Below are positions 8,628 to 17,073 of a stretch of DNA of 31,551 bases, in pieces. Numbering within the stretch: the stretch's first letter is position 1; every line of letters begins with the position of its first letter. The DNA is from Minisyncoccia bacterium (lineage in GTDB: Bacteria; Patescibacteriota; Minisyncoccia; Phycocordibacterales; UBA9973): positions 1 through 31,551 of the forward strand of contig JBBRSF010000001.1 of NCBI GenBank assembly GCA_038245685.1, read 5' to 3'. Made by a program: the position numbers and the translations under genes. Below the pieces are notes generated by a model. The model saw only the letters and a program-made list of their open reading frames with translations, did not search any database and was not told the DNA's origin.

Positions 8628-8705
8628 AAAACAACGCCTCAATGCTAGGCAGTTGAAGCGTCTTTGATTCTCTCCCCCGCCTTCACCAAGAGCGCGGGGG
8701 TTTTT
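8628..8705 (-). terminator. Compound hairpins after the 8715-8981 ORF
   Basis: CCCCCGC/GCGGGGG (8674-8700), then ACGC.TCAA/TTGA.GCGT (8634-8661) followed by TGTTTTT on the minus strand. Confidence 0.55.
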
Positions 8706-8714
8706 AGTGTTGTA

Positions 8715-8981
8715 CTACTTCTTAGAAGGCTTTTTAGGAAGTTGGGGCTGAACCCATGTGAACGTAGGAGACTGGCAAACTTCCATTTTGCGTAGAACGA
8801 TGACAGGATTGCTTGGATCCGTAGTCACGATCAAAACCGTCTTGTTCGTGACTTTGAGCATCTCGAAGGCACCGACTCTCCTACACTTTTCCTCGCTTGC
8901 CAGAAGTATTGCGGAACAACTTAGGCAAACGATAACGAACAGGAAAACCTGAAACAACAGAGAGTACTTTGGGCGTTTCAT
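8715..8981 (-). CDS. Orphan small exported protein, 88 aa
   Basis: GGAGG at 8986-8990. Basic N-terminus, then a hydrophobic signal/TM segment, and two Cys in the mature part. Confidence 0.65.
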   Translation of the reverse strand: MKRPKYSLLFQVFLFVIVCLSCSAILLASEEKCRRVGAFEMLKVTNKTVLIVTTDPSNPVIVLRKMEVCQSPTFTWVQPQLPKKPSKK

Positions 8982-9088
8982 GATGCCTCCATTGTTTTAC
9001 TTCTGGTTTTTTGGGATCATACATCACGTCGATTGACATGTTTTCTGTCCTCCCTTTTTCTGACAACTAATTCATTTATAGTATACAC

Positions 9089-10402
9089 CTATTCTGATTT
9101 TTTAAGCCACTCAGCATCTTGTCGGACTAATAGTTTATTTTTATTTTCTTGGTCAAGTAATATATTCGAAATTATCCGCTCCATGCGCATCCCTTGCGAA
9201 CCTTTCACCAGAATGATATCTCCTTTTGAAATAAATTGATCTATAAAATCCTTAGCTTCATAGGCAGTTCCAAATTCGTAAATGTTTTCTTCTTTCATCC
9301 CTCTTTCCACGGCTCCTTCTTTAATAGCCTTTGCACGCTGTCCCACTGTTATTAAAATTCCATTTGTATTTAAAAATATCTTACTCATAAATTCTCCTAT
9401 CTTTTTATGCGCTTCTACGGTATGTTTACCGAGTTCGAGCATATCGCCTAAGATTGCGATTTTCCTGCCATTTTTACTTTCTACTTCTCCGAGTGTTTGG
9501 AGCGCCGTCTCGCAAGCAAATGGAGATGAATTATATGTATCATCAATGATAAGCGAACCATTTATACCCTTTAATAAACGCATTCGCCCCGGAGGAACAT
9601 CATAAAAATTTAGTGAATCTATTGCATCCAACATATTTAAATCAAGCGCCGAGGCGAGTGTGAGCGCAGCAAGCGAAGCATACACATGATTTTTTCCAAA
9701 AACTCCGCTTATGACGACCGGCAAACTCTTGCCTCTCTCGTCGATCCGAAAGACTACTCCCACCGGCTCCCCATTTTCATCATAAGAAATATTATATCCC
9801 GACCCTAAAATGTCTGCCCCCTCATTAAATCCATAACTTACGATATGATTTTGCCCCTTGGCGCTCATCTCTCCTACTGTTTCATCATCTTTATTGATAA
9901 TGAGCACTCCGCTTTTTTTAAGAGTTTTGATAAGCTGACTTTTTTCTTCCACAAGATGTCTTCGAGATGAGAAAAATTCTATGTGCGCAGGCATTTCTCC
10001 TATGGCGGTTATGATAACTGCATCCGTTTTTAACCAAGCAGCAGTTTTTTTCATATCTCCAGGCTTACCAACTCCTACTTCGAGCACTAACCATTTCGGA
10101 TATTTGTGAGGCCACAAAAATAGCCACAATCCATCCATAATGTTTTCCAGCCAGATAATAGGATTATTCCACCCATTGTGGAGGCCTAAAATAGAAAGTG
10201 GTAACCCTATCTCACTATTAAAACTTTTCTCACTCTTCCTTACATATGCCACTTCCGAAAGCACTGCATATACTGCATCTTTGGTAGAAGTTTTTCCTAC
10301 CGAACCAGTGATAGCTACGATCTTCGGTTTGTATTTCCAAAGCACGAGTTCCGACTCAAATTTTAATATGTAATATATAATTTTTTTTAAAGTTAATTTC
10401 AT
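9089..10402 (-). CDS. murF: UDP-N-acetylmuramoyl-tripeptide--D-alanyl-D-alanine ligase
   Basis: Motifs AITGSVGKTSTKD, SFNSEIGLPL, VLEVGV, GRM, IIDDTYNSSP, LGDMLELG and LVKGSQG. Confidence 0.95.
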   Translation of the reverse strand: MKLTLKKIIYYILKFESELVLWKYKPKIVAITGSVGKTSTKDAVYAVLSEVAYVRKSEKSFNSEIGLPLSILGLHNGWNNPIIWLENIMDGLWLFLWPHKYPKWLVLEVGVGKPGDMKKTAAWLKTDAVIITAIGEMPAHIEFFSSRRHLVEEKSQLIKTLKKSGVLIINKDDETVGEMSAKGQNHIVSYGFNEGADILGSGYNISYDENGEPVGVVFRIDERGKSLPVVISGVFGKNHVYASLAALTLASALDLNMLDAIDSLNFYDVPPGRMRLLKGINGSLIIDDTYNSSPFACETALQTLGEVESKNGRKIAILGDMLELGKHTVEAHKKIGEFMSKIFLNTNGILITVGQRAKAIKEGAVERGMKEENIYEFGTAYEAKDFIDQFISKGDIILVKGSQGMRMERIISNILLDQENKNKLLVRQDAEWLKKSE

Positions 10403-10415
10403 TTTATTTCTTTAT

Positions 10416-12131
10416 CTATCGGTCCGGCGGAACGTTATAATAATTCAGCAGAAATTTCGTTATCTCTATAAATGGATCGCTCCAGGTGGTCGCCGCATAA
10501 GGCACGCCTTTCGGATTCACGGCATAGAGAAATACTATGAATTTAGGATCGTAAGCTGGAAAATAGCCGAAAAATGAATGGGTATGCCTATCTGCATAAT
10601 ATCCGCCGTTTGTACTATCCGCAACTTGCGCAGTTCCTGTTTTTACTGCGACGCTAAAATGGTCAAACTTGCCTTTTCCTCCTTTGATTGATTTATCCAT
10701 GACAGTGACCAGCATCCGAGTGATCTCCTGGCTACTTGCTTTGGATATTTTGGTCGGCACTAGAGGATATTTAAGAACTTTGCTCGTAGCGTCGTTGTAT
10801 TTTATTTCTTTTACGATGTGTGGTACTACCAAGTTTCCTCCATTTGCAAGTGAAGCCAAGGCTCTAACTAATTCTACTGGAGTAAGAGCGATACCTTGAC
10901 CGAAAGCAGCGTTCGCATACTCTATCTCTCTAGGACTTTTGATAATTCCCGATACCAATCCACTTGTTTCATTCGGTAGATCAATTCCTGTTTTATCTTT
11001 GATTCCATACCCGAGCATATAATCCCTAAATTTCACCTTACCAAGTTTTTGCTCTACAAACACCATTCCTGTGTTCAAAGACTGATTAAGCACGTCTTGC
11101 ATAGAAGTTCCCGGACCACGTCCCTTTTTGTCAAAATTAAATATCTCATGCTTCTCGATAGTTACTGAGCCTTTATCATCATAAGTCGTCTCCGCATTGA
11201 GTACGCCTGCATCGAGCGCAGCCGCCATTACTAGGGGCTTTACCACAGATCCGAATTCGAGAACGTTCTCTACGAGTGGATTCGAGAATAAATTTACATT
11301 CTTTGTCTGAGAAAAATTATTCGGATCAAAATCCGGTTTCGCACTAAGAGCATACATAGAGCCATCTACGGGATTCATTATTATCCCGCCTATTGAGTCT
11401 ATCTGATATTTTGCCCTCACTTCTGCCAGTTTCTTCTCTAGAAATCCCTGCACTTGGGGTTCGATAGTAGTGACGATATCTCCTTCCGGAGCATCTTTTG
11501 CAAAGAAAGTTTTTTTGATATTTGAAAATACTTCCGCAAAGAAATTTATATAGGGACTGTCTACATTCCTAGCCAGTGTAGTGTCATACTGTCTCTCCAG
11601 TCCGTATCTACCTCCTAACAAATCTCCTTTGTAACCTACTAATCCAACAGTGTGAGAAGCTAACTCGTGCCCCGGATAAAGACGCCATTTTTCTTTATAA
11701 ATACTTACCCCGGGGATTTTTAAGGCTGATACTGCATCAGCCACATCTTTGGACAAGTGCGTCGCAATTTCTTCATAAGGATCATTTTTCTTCGCCGTTT
11801 TTATAAGGAAATCCGCTTGATTTATAGGAGTATATTTATTGAGCTTCTGATATACAGAAGTTGGGTTTGTTATTTTCTCAGAATTTATTGCAATCTTATA
11901 CCCGAGTGTCTGTGTAGCGGCGGAAACAAGCTCACCGTTTTTTGTATAAAAATAAATTGTACCTCTTTCATAAATATTCGTAGAAGGCGTAGCGTATTGA
12001 TGGTCGGCTGCATCCGAATATGTGGAACCATGTATGACCTGTATAAAAAAAAGCTTAGTCAAAAGAATAAGCGCAAAAACGATAAGAAAAAAAAATAGTA
12101 CTCTGGATCTGACAACAAAACTAGATTTCAT
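10416..12131 (-). CDS. ftsI: Class B penicillin-binding protein (FtsI/PBP2 type)
   Basis: N-terminal TM segment, dimerisation domain with ERG and G..GLE, and transpeptidase motifs SVVK (SxxK), SLN (SxN) and KTG. Sits in dcw context. Confidence 0.9.
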   Translation of the reverse strand: MKSSFVVRSRVLFFFLIVFALILLTKLFFIQVIHGSTYSDAADHQYATPSTNIYERGTIYFYTKNGELVSAATQTLGYKIAINSEKITNPTSVYQKLNKYTPINQADFLIKTAKKNDPYEEIATHLSKDVADAVSALKIPGVSIYKEKWRLYPGHELASHTVGLVGYKGDLLGGRYGLERQYDTTLARNVDSPYINFFAEVFSNIKKTFFAKDAPEGDIVTTIEPQVQGFLEKKLAEVRAKYQIDSIGGIIMNPVDGSMYALSAKPDFDPNNFSQTKNVNLFSNPLVENVLEFGSVVKPLVMAAALDAGVLNAETTYDDKGSVTIEKHEIFNFDKKGRGPGTSMQDVLNQSLNTGMVFVEQKLGKVKFRDYMLGYGIKDKTGIDLPNETSGLVSGIIKSPREIEYANAAFGQGIALTPVELVRALASLANGGNLVVPHIVKEIKYNDATSKVLKYPLVPTKISKASSQEITRMLVTVMDKSIKGGKGKFDHFSVAVKTGTAQVADSTNGGYYADRHTHSFFGYFPAYDPKFIVFLYAVNPKGVPYAATTWSDPFIEITKFLLNYYNVPPDR

Positions 12132-12477
12132 TTGGAGACATCTTTAAGCTACCAAGAGCTTTACGGGTAGCGAAAGTTGGTTTGTTTTCTTTGAAACCCA
12201 TAGAGGCAGACATAGCTAAATCTACATGGTTGGATAAAGACAAATACGAAAGTTCGAGGTTTCCTACTTCGTTGGTAAGTGCCAAAGCCTCTTTTTCTAA
12301 AGACTTTCTGGCTACAATATTGAAAACCGTATTCCCCAGGGTAGTTATATATAAAATAGTTAGGAAGCCCAAGATCATAAGCATTGAATTTAAAATAACT
12401 CTAGAAACCTCCACATTGTTGTTCATTATATGAACGTTTTGTATACTTGTTTTTAATCTTATGGTTGCTTGTTTCAT
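12121..12477 (-). CDS. Probable cell division protein FtsL
   Basis: Lies between rsmH and ftsI. Single TM segment, short coiled coil and an A...GF ending, as in FtsL. The call rests mainly on synteny. Confidence 0.65.
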   Translation of the reverse strand: MKQATIRLKTSIQNVHIMNNNVEVSRVILNSMLMILGFLTILYITTLGNTVFNIVARKSLEKEALALTNEVGNLELSYLSLSNHVDLAMSASMGFKENKPTFATRKALGSLKMSPNEI

Positions 12478-12481
12478 ATTT

Positions 12482-13396
12482 TTATTTAATTTTTTCTAAA
12501 ATTCTTAACTTTGCGCTTCTTGATCGGGGATTATTTTTTAATTCTTCGCTCCCGGCAAGAATAGGTTTTTTGTTTATTAAAATTGCTCTTTGTTCTTTTT
12601 GCTTTGCTTTGTAAAATCTTTTCACTACCCTGTCTTCGAGACTATGAAACGATATTACGGACATGCGTCCTCCTTCTTTTAACACCTCCCATCCTTTGTT
12701 TAATCCCCTTTCTAATGCCCCCAGTTCATCGTTTACGGCTATTCTTAGGGCTTGGAATGTTCTAGTGGCACAGTGTACCTTTTGTCTCTTATATGACCTT
12801 CCTACCGCGCCCTCGATTATCTCCACCAAATCCTTCGTTGTCTTTATCTCTTTCTCTGCTCTTCCTTCTACAATCGCTTTTGCTATTCGTCGGGAGAGTT
12901 TTTCTTCGCCGTATCCGTAGATGATATCGGCTAAACTTTTCTCTTCCCAAGTATTCACTATATCTATCGCAGTCAGGTCTTCACTTGTTGGATCCTCTTT
13001 CATGGTCATGAGTAGTGGCTCATCTTTCATGAAAGAAAATCCACGTCCGGAATTCTCAAGCTGGTCAGAACTTAATCCTAAGTCAAAGAGAATGGCATCT
13101 ACTTTCGCAATCTTTTCTCCCTCCAGGGCTTTGTCTAAGTTTGCAAAATTTTCATTAATAAGTTTTATGTCACATTCTAAACCTTTGAACTTACTCTCCG
13201 CCTTTATAAATGCGCTTTGGTCTTGATCTAAAGCAATTATTTTTATGCCTTGATGTCGCTTGCACATCTCGGCGCTATGACCTCCGCCCCCAAACGTCGC
13301 ATCTAAGACTATTGAACTAGTAGCTAGATTTAGACTTTCTATTGCTTCATTTAAAAGAACTGTCTTGTGTACACTTTCGATCATTTCCTCTCGCAT
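12482..13396 (-). CDS. rsmH: 16S rRNA m4C1402 methyltransferase
   Basis: Motifs HKTVLL.E, DATFGGGGHS, DLGLSSDQL, RGFSF, ATRTFQALRIAVNDEL, SFHSLEDR and NPRSRSAKLR. Start set at the ATG at 13396, just after the mraZ stop. Confidence 0.97.
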   Translation of the reverse strand: MREEMIESVHKTVLLNEAIESLNLATSSIVLDATFGGGGHSAEMCKRHQGIKIIALDQDQSAFIKAESKFKGLECDIKLINENFANLDKALEGEKIAKVDAILFDLGLSSDQLENSGRGFSFMKDEPLLMTMKEDPTSEDLTAIDIVNTWEEKSLADIIYGYGEEKLSRRIAKAIVEGRAEKEIKTTKDLVEIIEGAVGRSYKRQKVHCATRTFQALRIAVNDELGALERGLNKGWEVLKEGGRMSVISFHSLEDRVVKRFYKAKQKEQRAILINKKPILAGSEELKNNPRSRSAKLRILEKIK

Positions 13397-13397
13397 C

Positions 13398-13850
13398 TTA
13401 TTTCCCTCTTGCCCCACTTTCGGCAAGCTTTTCCGCTAAATGTCCGACTTGCTTCTCGATGGCATCTTGATTCTGCGACCAAGTCTTGTCATTCCATATC
13501 TCCACTCTGTCCTCTACTCCGATAATAGCTGCTTTATCTTTCAGTCCGATTCTATCTTTAAGAAAATCCGGAATTAAGATTCTCCCGATAGAATCTACCT
13601 CGACTTCGGCAGCGCGACCGAACATGTATCGGTTGAAACTTCGCTGATCGGCTTTTAGGAAGGAAAGATCGGCGCTAGCATCCGCTAGACGCTTACTTAC
13701 TTTCGCCCAATCTTTCAAAGTGAAAATGAACAAGCATGCATCAAGTCCAGGTGTAATAATAATTTTCTTTCCCATGACTTTTCGAAACTTCACAGGAAGT
13801 GAAACTCTATTCTTATCATCAATTGTGTGTATGTATTCTCCGATGAGCAT
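13398..13850 (-). CDS. mraZ: Division/cell wall cluster transcriptional repressor MraZ
   Basis: Motifs GEY.HTIDDKNRVSLP.KFR and DSIGRILIP (two SpoVT-AbrB repeats). Confidence 0.97.
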   Translation of the reverse strand: MLIGEYIHTIDDKNRVSLPVKFRKVMGKKIIITPGLDACLFIFTLKDWAKVSKRLADASADLSFLKADQRSFNRYMFGRAAEVEVDSIGRILIPDFLKDRIGLKDKAAIIGVEDRVEIWNDKTWSQNQDAIEKQVGHLAEKLAESGARGK

Positions 13851-13880
13851 AAAATTTCACTAAATTACTTTTTACATTTT

Positions 13881-13935
13881 TCCCACTTTTTCCCACCTGA
13901 TATACATTATATTCCACCTTGAAATATAACGCCAA
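13881..13935 (-). promoter_or_regulatory. mraZ promoter with MraZ-box direct repeats
   Basis: On minus: TTGGCG, 18-nt spacer, TATAAT (13935-13906). GTGGGA at 13896-13891 and 13886-13881 (10-nt period) and GTGGAA at 13917-13912. Confidence 0.75.
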
Positions 13936-13943
13936 GTCTTCCC

Positions 13944-13952
13944 TGTGGATAA
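13944..13952 (-). promoter_or_regulatory. DnaA box
   Basis: TGTGGATAA is the reverse complement of the consensus TTATCCACA. Confidence 0.6.
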
Positions 13953-13991
13953 CTATGATTAGAAATATTTACCGAGATGTATAATGAAAAT

Positions 13992-14321
13992 ATGAGTATA
14001 TTTGAATTTAGAACAACAAAAGAAGGCGATGTAAATATAGGAGGAATCGTTCGGGCTCCAGGAGAAGATGAACCTCTACCCCAAAAGATGCATGGCATGA
14101 ATCCCGAAGATGTAGCTAGAAATAAAGCATACGAAGAAAAAGAAATTGCTTTTCTTTCACATATGCTAGATACAACAGAATTCTTCGGACATAAATGGAC
14201 TGCGGGAGAAGTGATAAAAAATCCAAAAGTGCACGATGCAGTAGCCAAAAAACTTCCAGAAAAATTTCGATACGGCAAACTCGATGAGCATTTGAAAACT
14301 CTGGCTATGTCTACAAATTAA
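13992..14321 (+). CDS. Hypothetical protein (~109 aa)
   Basis: The ORF track starts it at 13977, but TATAAT at 13980-13985 lies 6 nt before the in-frame ATG at 13992. A terminator follows the stop. Confidence 0.7.
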   Translation: MSIFEFRTTKEGDVNIGGIVRAPGEDEPLPQKMHGMNPEDVARNKAYEEKEIAFLSHMLDTTEFFGHKWTAGEVIKNPKVHDAVAKKLPEKFRYGKLDEHLKTLAMSTN

Positions 14322-14341
14322 AAGCCCCTTTAGGGGCTTTT
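14320..14341 (+). terminator. Intrinsic terminator
   Basis: AAAAGCCCC-TTTA-GGGGCTTTT. Confidence 0.8.
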
Positions 14342-14345
14342 TCTA

Positions 14346-14385
14346 TTGACTTATACTATCTTTTGTGATATACTATAAAAGGAGG
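14346..14385 (+). promoter_or_regulatory. Near-consensus sigma70 promoter and Shine-Dalgarno
   Basis: TTGACT, 17-nt spacer, TATACT with an extended TGn. AGGAGG at 14380-14385 lies 6 nt before the ATG at 14392. Confidence 0.8.
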
Positions 14386-14391
14386 TAAGAC

Positions 14392-14589
14392 ATGACTAAA
14401 ATCATGCTCAAAAAAATTCCTGCGGGTTTCGGGGACGAAGGTCTCGAGATCGTAAACCCGGATATCCCGGGAGTTACGATCGTGAAAAAAGAGGATTTCG
14501 TTATTCTCGAAATCGAAGACGGATACGTCGGCCGAGTCGTTCTCGACATCTCTGAAAAAGGAATCGACTACGACTTCGAAAAATCGTAA
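14392..14589 (+). CDS. Orphan acidic small protein, 65 aa
   Basis: Complete expression signals (promoter, AGGAGG, terminator). No family recognised. Confidence 0.8.
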   Translation: MTKIMLKKIPAGFGDEGLEIVNPDIPGVTIVKKEDFVILEIEDGYVGRVVLDISEKGIDYDFEKS

Positions 14590-14602
14590 CCACTCGCCGT
14601 TC

Positions 14603-14644
14603 AATCCCCGTTCCGACAACTCATCGTCGGCGCGGGGATTTTTT
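14603..14644 (+). terminator. Compound terminator between the 14392 ORF and convergent lysS
   Basis: AATCCCCG/CGGGGATT outer stem, CCGAC/GTCGG inner stem, then a T run. Confidence 0.75.
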
Positions 14645-16103
14645 ATTCTTTGTTTGGTCGCATGAGAGGAAAGATCTGTGTCTCACGAAGAGGCTTATCA
14701 GAAAGAATCGCAAACAACCTTTCTCCAAAACCAAATCCGCAAGTCGGAGGCATGCCATACTCGAGCATTTCCACAAATTCATCGTCTTGCATCATGGCCT
14801 CTGTGTCTCCTCCTTTTATAAGTTCTTGTTGGGTTTCGAATCTTCCTTTCTGGTCTATTGGATCATTGAGCTCGGAGTATCCATTCCCTACTTCACTTCC
14901 AGCGAGAAGTGGCTGAAATCTTTCTGTAGTCAGAGGATTTTCAGAATTTATTTTGGATAGCGGAGCCACCAGTGTAGGATGATGAATCAAAAATGCCGGA
15001 CCCGAAATTTGCTTCCTGCAATATTTCCAAAGAGTATCAGTCAGACGTTCTTTGTTTTCTCCATCGTATTTCACACCCAACTCTTCGAGTTTACTTTTCA
15101 TTTCTTCTTCAGTCGCATTCAAAACATCCAGGCTCGTCATTTCTTTTATTTTGGAAACATAATCTATCATCTCCCATTCACTAGCCAAATCAAAAGAATG
15201 TCCGTGATAAGTAAACTTGGTGGTTCCGAAAACTTCCTCCGCAATTTTAATATACATTTCTCGGACTAACTTCATACCGTCTTTGTAGTTGGCATAGGCG
15301 AAGTAGAATTCCATATTTGTAAACTCTTGCGCATGCTCGGGGCTAGTGCCTTCGTTCCGGTAGGCCCTGCCTATCTCAAAAGTTTTAGGAAAACCCGCAG
15401 CCATGAGACGTTTCTGCCATAGCTCTCCGATCGAGATACGCATATATACATCTAGGTCGTAGTCGTTGTGGTGTGTTTTAAAAGGAGTAGCTTCGGCTCC
15501 GCCTGTAGTAGTTTCAAGTGTAGGGGTTTCTACCTCTAAAAATCCTTGGTCTTTCATGAAAGAACGCGTAACATCCCAGAATTTAGATTTCTTCTCCACC
15601 ATCTCCTTGATTTCTGGATTCATTAAAATATCGAGATATCGTTTTCGATAACGCTCTTCCACGTCCACCAACCCGTGCCATTTCTCAGGCAAAGGTCGAA
15701 GGCTCTTAGAAAGCATCCGCCAATCTTTCACTTCAATAGTTTTTTCTCCGCGGTTTGTCTTGAAGAAGGACCCTTCCACTTCTATAAAATCCCCTATGTC
15801 GACGACTTCTCCCCAAAGAGAAAATTTATCTTCACTTATTATGTCTTTCTTTAGAAGTGCTTGAAAAGTGCCCGTGCCGTCATACAAAGTAACGAAAATA
15901 ATTGCACCTTGTCCGCGGATAGACATGATCCGACCCGAAACCCATTTGCTTTCTTTGCTGGCTTCTAGGCTTTCAAAATTCTTTCCTGCTTCCGCGAGAG
16001 AGAGTTCCCGTAAAGATTCTGCGGGATATGGATTGATACCCTTATCCTCTAAAATTTTTAATTTATTTATACGGAGATCCCTGATTTCATCAATTGAAGA
16101 CAT
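14643..16103 (-). CDS. lysS: Lysine--tRNA ligase (class II)
   Basis: N-terminal OB fold, then RYRKRYLD, FLEVETP, GGAEATPF, YRNEG, HAQEFT.ME.Y, NGYSELNDP and GMPPTCGFGFG. Confidence 0.98.
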   Translation of the reverse strand: MSSIDEIRDLRINKLKILEDKGINPYPAESLRELSLAEAGKNFESLEASKESKWVSGRIMSIRGQGAIIFVTLYDGTGTFQALLKKDIISEDKFSLWGEVVDIGDFIEVEGSFFKTNRGEKTIEVKDWRMLSKSLRPLPEKWHGLVDVEERYRKRYLDILMNPEIKEMVEKKSKFWDVTRSFMKDQGFLEVETPTLETTTGGAEATPFKTHHNDYDLDVYMRISIGELWQKRLMAAGFPKTFEIGRAYRNEGTSPEHAQEFTNMEFYFAYANYKDGMKLVREMYIKIAEEVFGTTKFTYHGHSFDLASEWEMIDYVSKIKEMTSLDVLNATEEEMKSKLEELGVKYDGENKERLTDTLWKYCRKQISGPAFLIHHPTLVAPLSKINSENPLTTERFQPLLAGSEVGNGYSELNDPIDQKGRFETQQELIKGGDTEAMMQDDEFVEMLEYGMPPTCGFGFGERLFAILSDKPLRETQIFPLMRPNKE

Positions 16104-16167
16104 CTCAATATTCTACACAATTTGGGAACAAAGGGAAAGACAAAAGACAAAAATAGAAAGTATTAGA

Positions 16168-16635
16168 TTATGAAACGTTAATTATTTTATAGTTCACTAC
16201 ACCTTTTGGAGTTTTGAAAGAAACAGAGTCATTTTTTTTCTTTCCAAAGAGGGCGGCTCCAAATGGAGAGTGGTTCGAGATCTTGCCCACCGCCATATCT
16301 GCTTCTTCGGAGCCCACTATCACATAGGTCTTTTCTTCTTTAGTATCTTCTTTTTGAACAACAACTTTCGAACCGATTTCGATGTTATCGCCTCCTCCCC
16401 CTTGAACAGTTTCAGAAGACTGAAGTATTTGTTCGATTTTTGCGATTCGCGCCTCCAAATTGCTCTGGTCTTCCCTAGTCTGATGGTATTCAGCATTTTC
16501 GGAAAGATCACCCAACGACTTGGCATATTCTAAAGTTTCTAGAATTTCTTTTCTTTTAGGTCCCTTTAGGTCCCTTAGCTCGGCGACCAGAGCTTGTCTT
16601 TTTTCTTCTGTTATATAGTCTCCGCTTTTATTCAT
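16168..16635 (-). CDS. greA: Transcription elongation factor GreA
   Basis: Motifs GDLSENAEY, LE.RI..IE.IL and IS..SPFG.AL.GKK. Confidence 0.97.
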   Translation of the reverse strand: MNKSGDYITEEKRQALVAELRDLKGPKRKEILETLEYAKSLGDLSENAEYHQTREDQSNLEARIAKIEQILQSSETVQGGGGDNIEIGSKVVVQKEDTKEEKTYVIVGSEEADMAVGKISNHSPFGAALFGKKKNDSVSFKTPKGVVNYKIINVS

Positions 16636-16671
16636 GGTTTTCTATAGTTTCTATCTAATATTTGTGATTTT

Positions 16672-16752
16672 AATAAAAAAAATAAACACCGTTAATTGAC
16701 TATAACGGCATTCATGCTGATTTATAATATATTTATTTCAGGAAAAAGTCAA
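16672..16752 (-). promoter_or_regulatory. greA promoter followed by a leader terminator
   Basis: On minus: TTGACT (16752-16747), 17-nt spacer, TATTAT (16729-16724), then hairpin CCGTTA/TAACGG and TTTATTTTTTTT, ahead of the greA ATG. Confidence 0.65.
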
Positions 16753-16818
16753 TGGAAATAGCCTCTCCTAGGCACTTCGGCTTGCCAAATTTCTTTAATA
16801 TGATAACCTTAGCGCTAT

Positions 16819-17052
16819 ATGGCAAAAACAGTAATTGAGGTAAAGAAGAATCCGAACGAGAACAATTCGAGCGTACTTCGCAGATTTTCTAGACGAATAC
16901 AAGAATCGGGAATCATCCGTAAGGTAAAAAGCAACCGTTATAACGTTCGAAAAGAATCCAAACTTAAATCAAAGAAAGGCGCACTGAAAAGAATGGGGCG
17001 AAGAAAGGAAATCGAAAAATTAAAAAAACTTGGGAAGATATCTTTTAAGTAA
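16819..17052 (+). CDS. rpsU: 30S ribosomal protein bS21
   Basis: Highly basic 77-aa protein with V...ENNSSVLRRFSRRIQESGII, matching the S21 pattern E....LRRF.R. Confidence 0.8.
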   Translation: MAKTVIEVKKNPNENNSSVLRRFSRRIQESGIIRKVKSNRYNVRKESKLKSKKGALKRMGRRKEIEKLKKLGKISFK

Positions 17053-17073
17053 ATTATCTCTACCTCGCATTAA

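Noticed and set aside
13397-13426. GTG start of rsmH inside mraZ
   Set aside because: The ATG at 13396 follows the mraZ stop by one base and gives a normal N-terminus.
13907-14619. Minus-strand ORFs 13907-14278 and 14356-14619
   Set aside because: The plus-strand ORFs here have promoters, an SD or terminators. The minus frames have none.
16636-16818. Strand switch at greA/rpsU as a replication origin
   Set aside because: There are no DnaA boxes. Divergent promoters explain the spacer.
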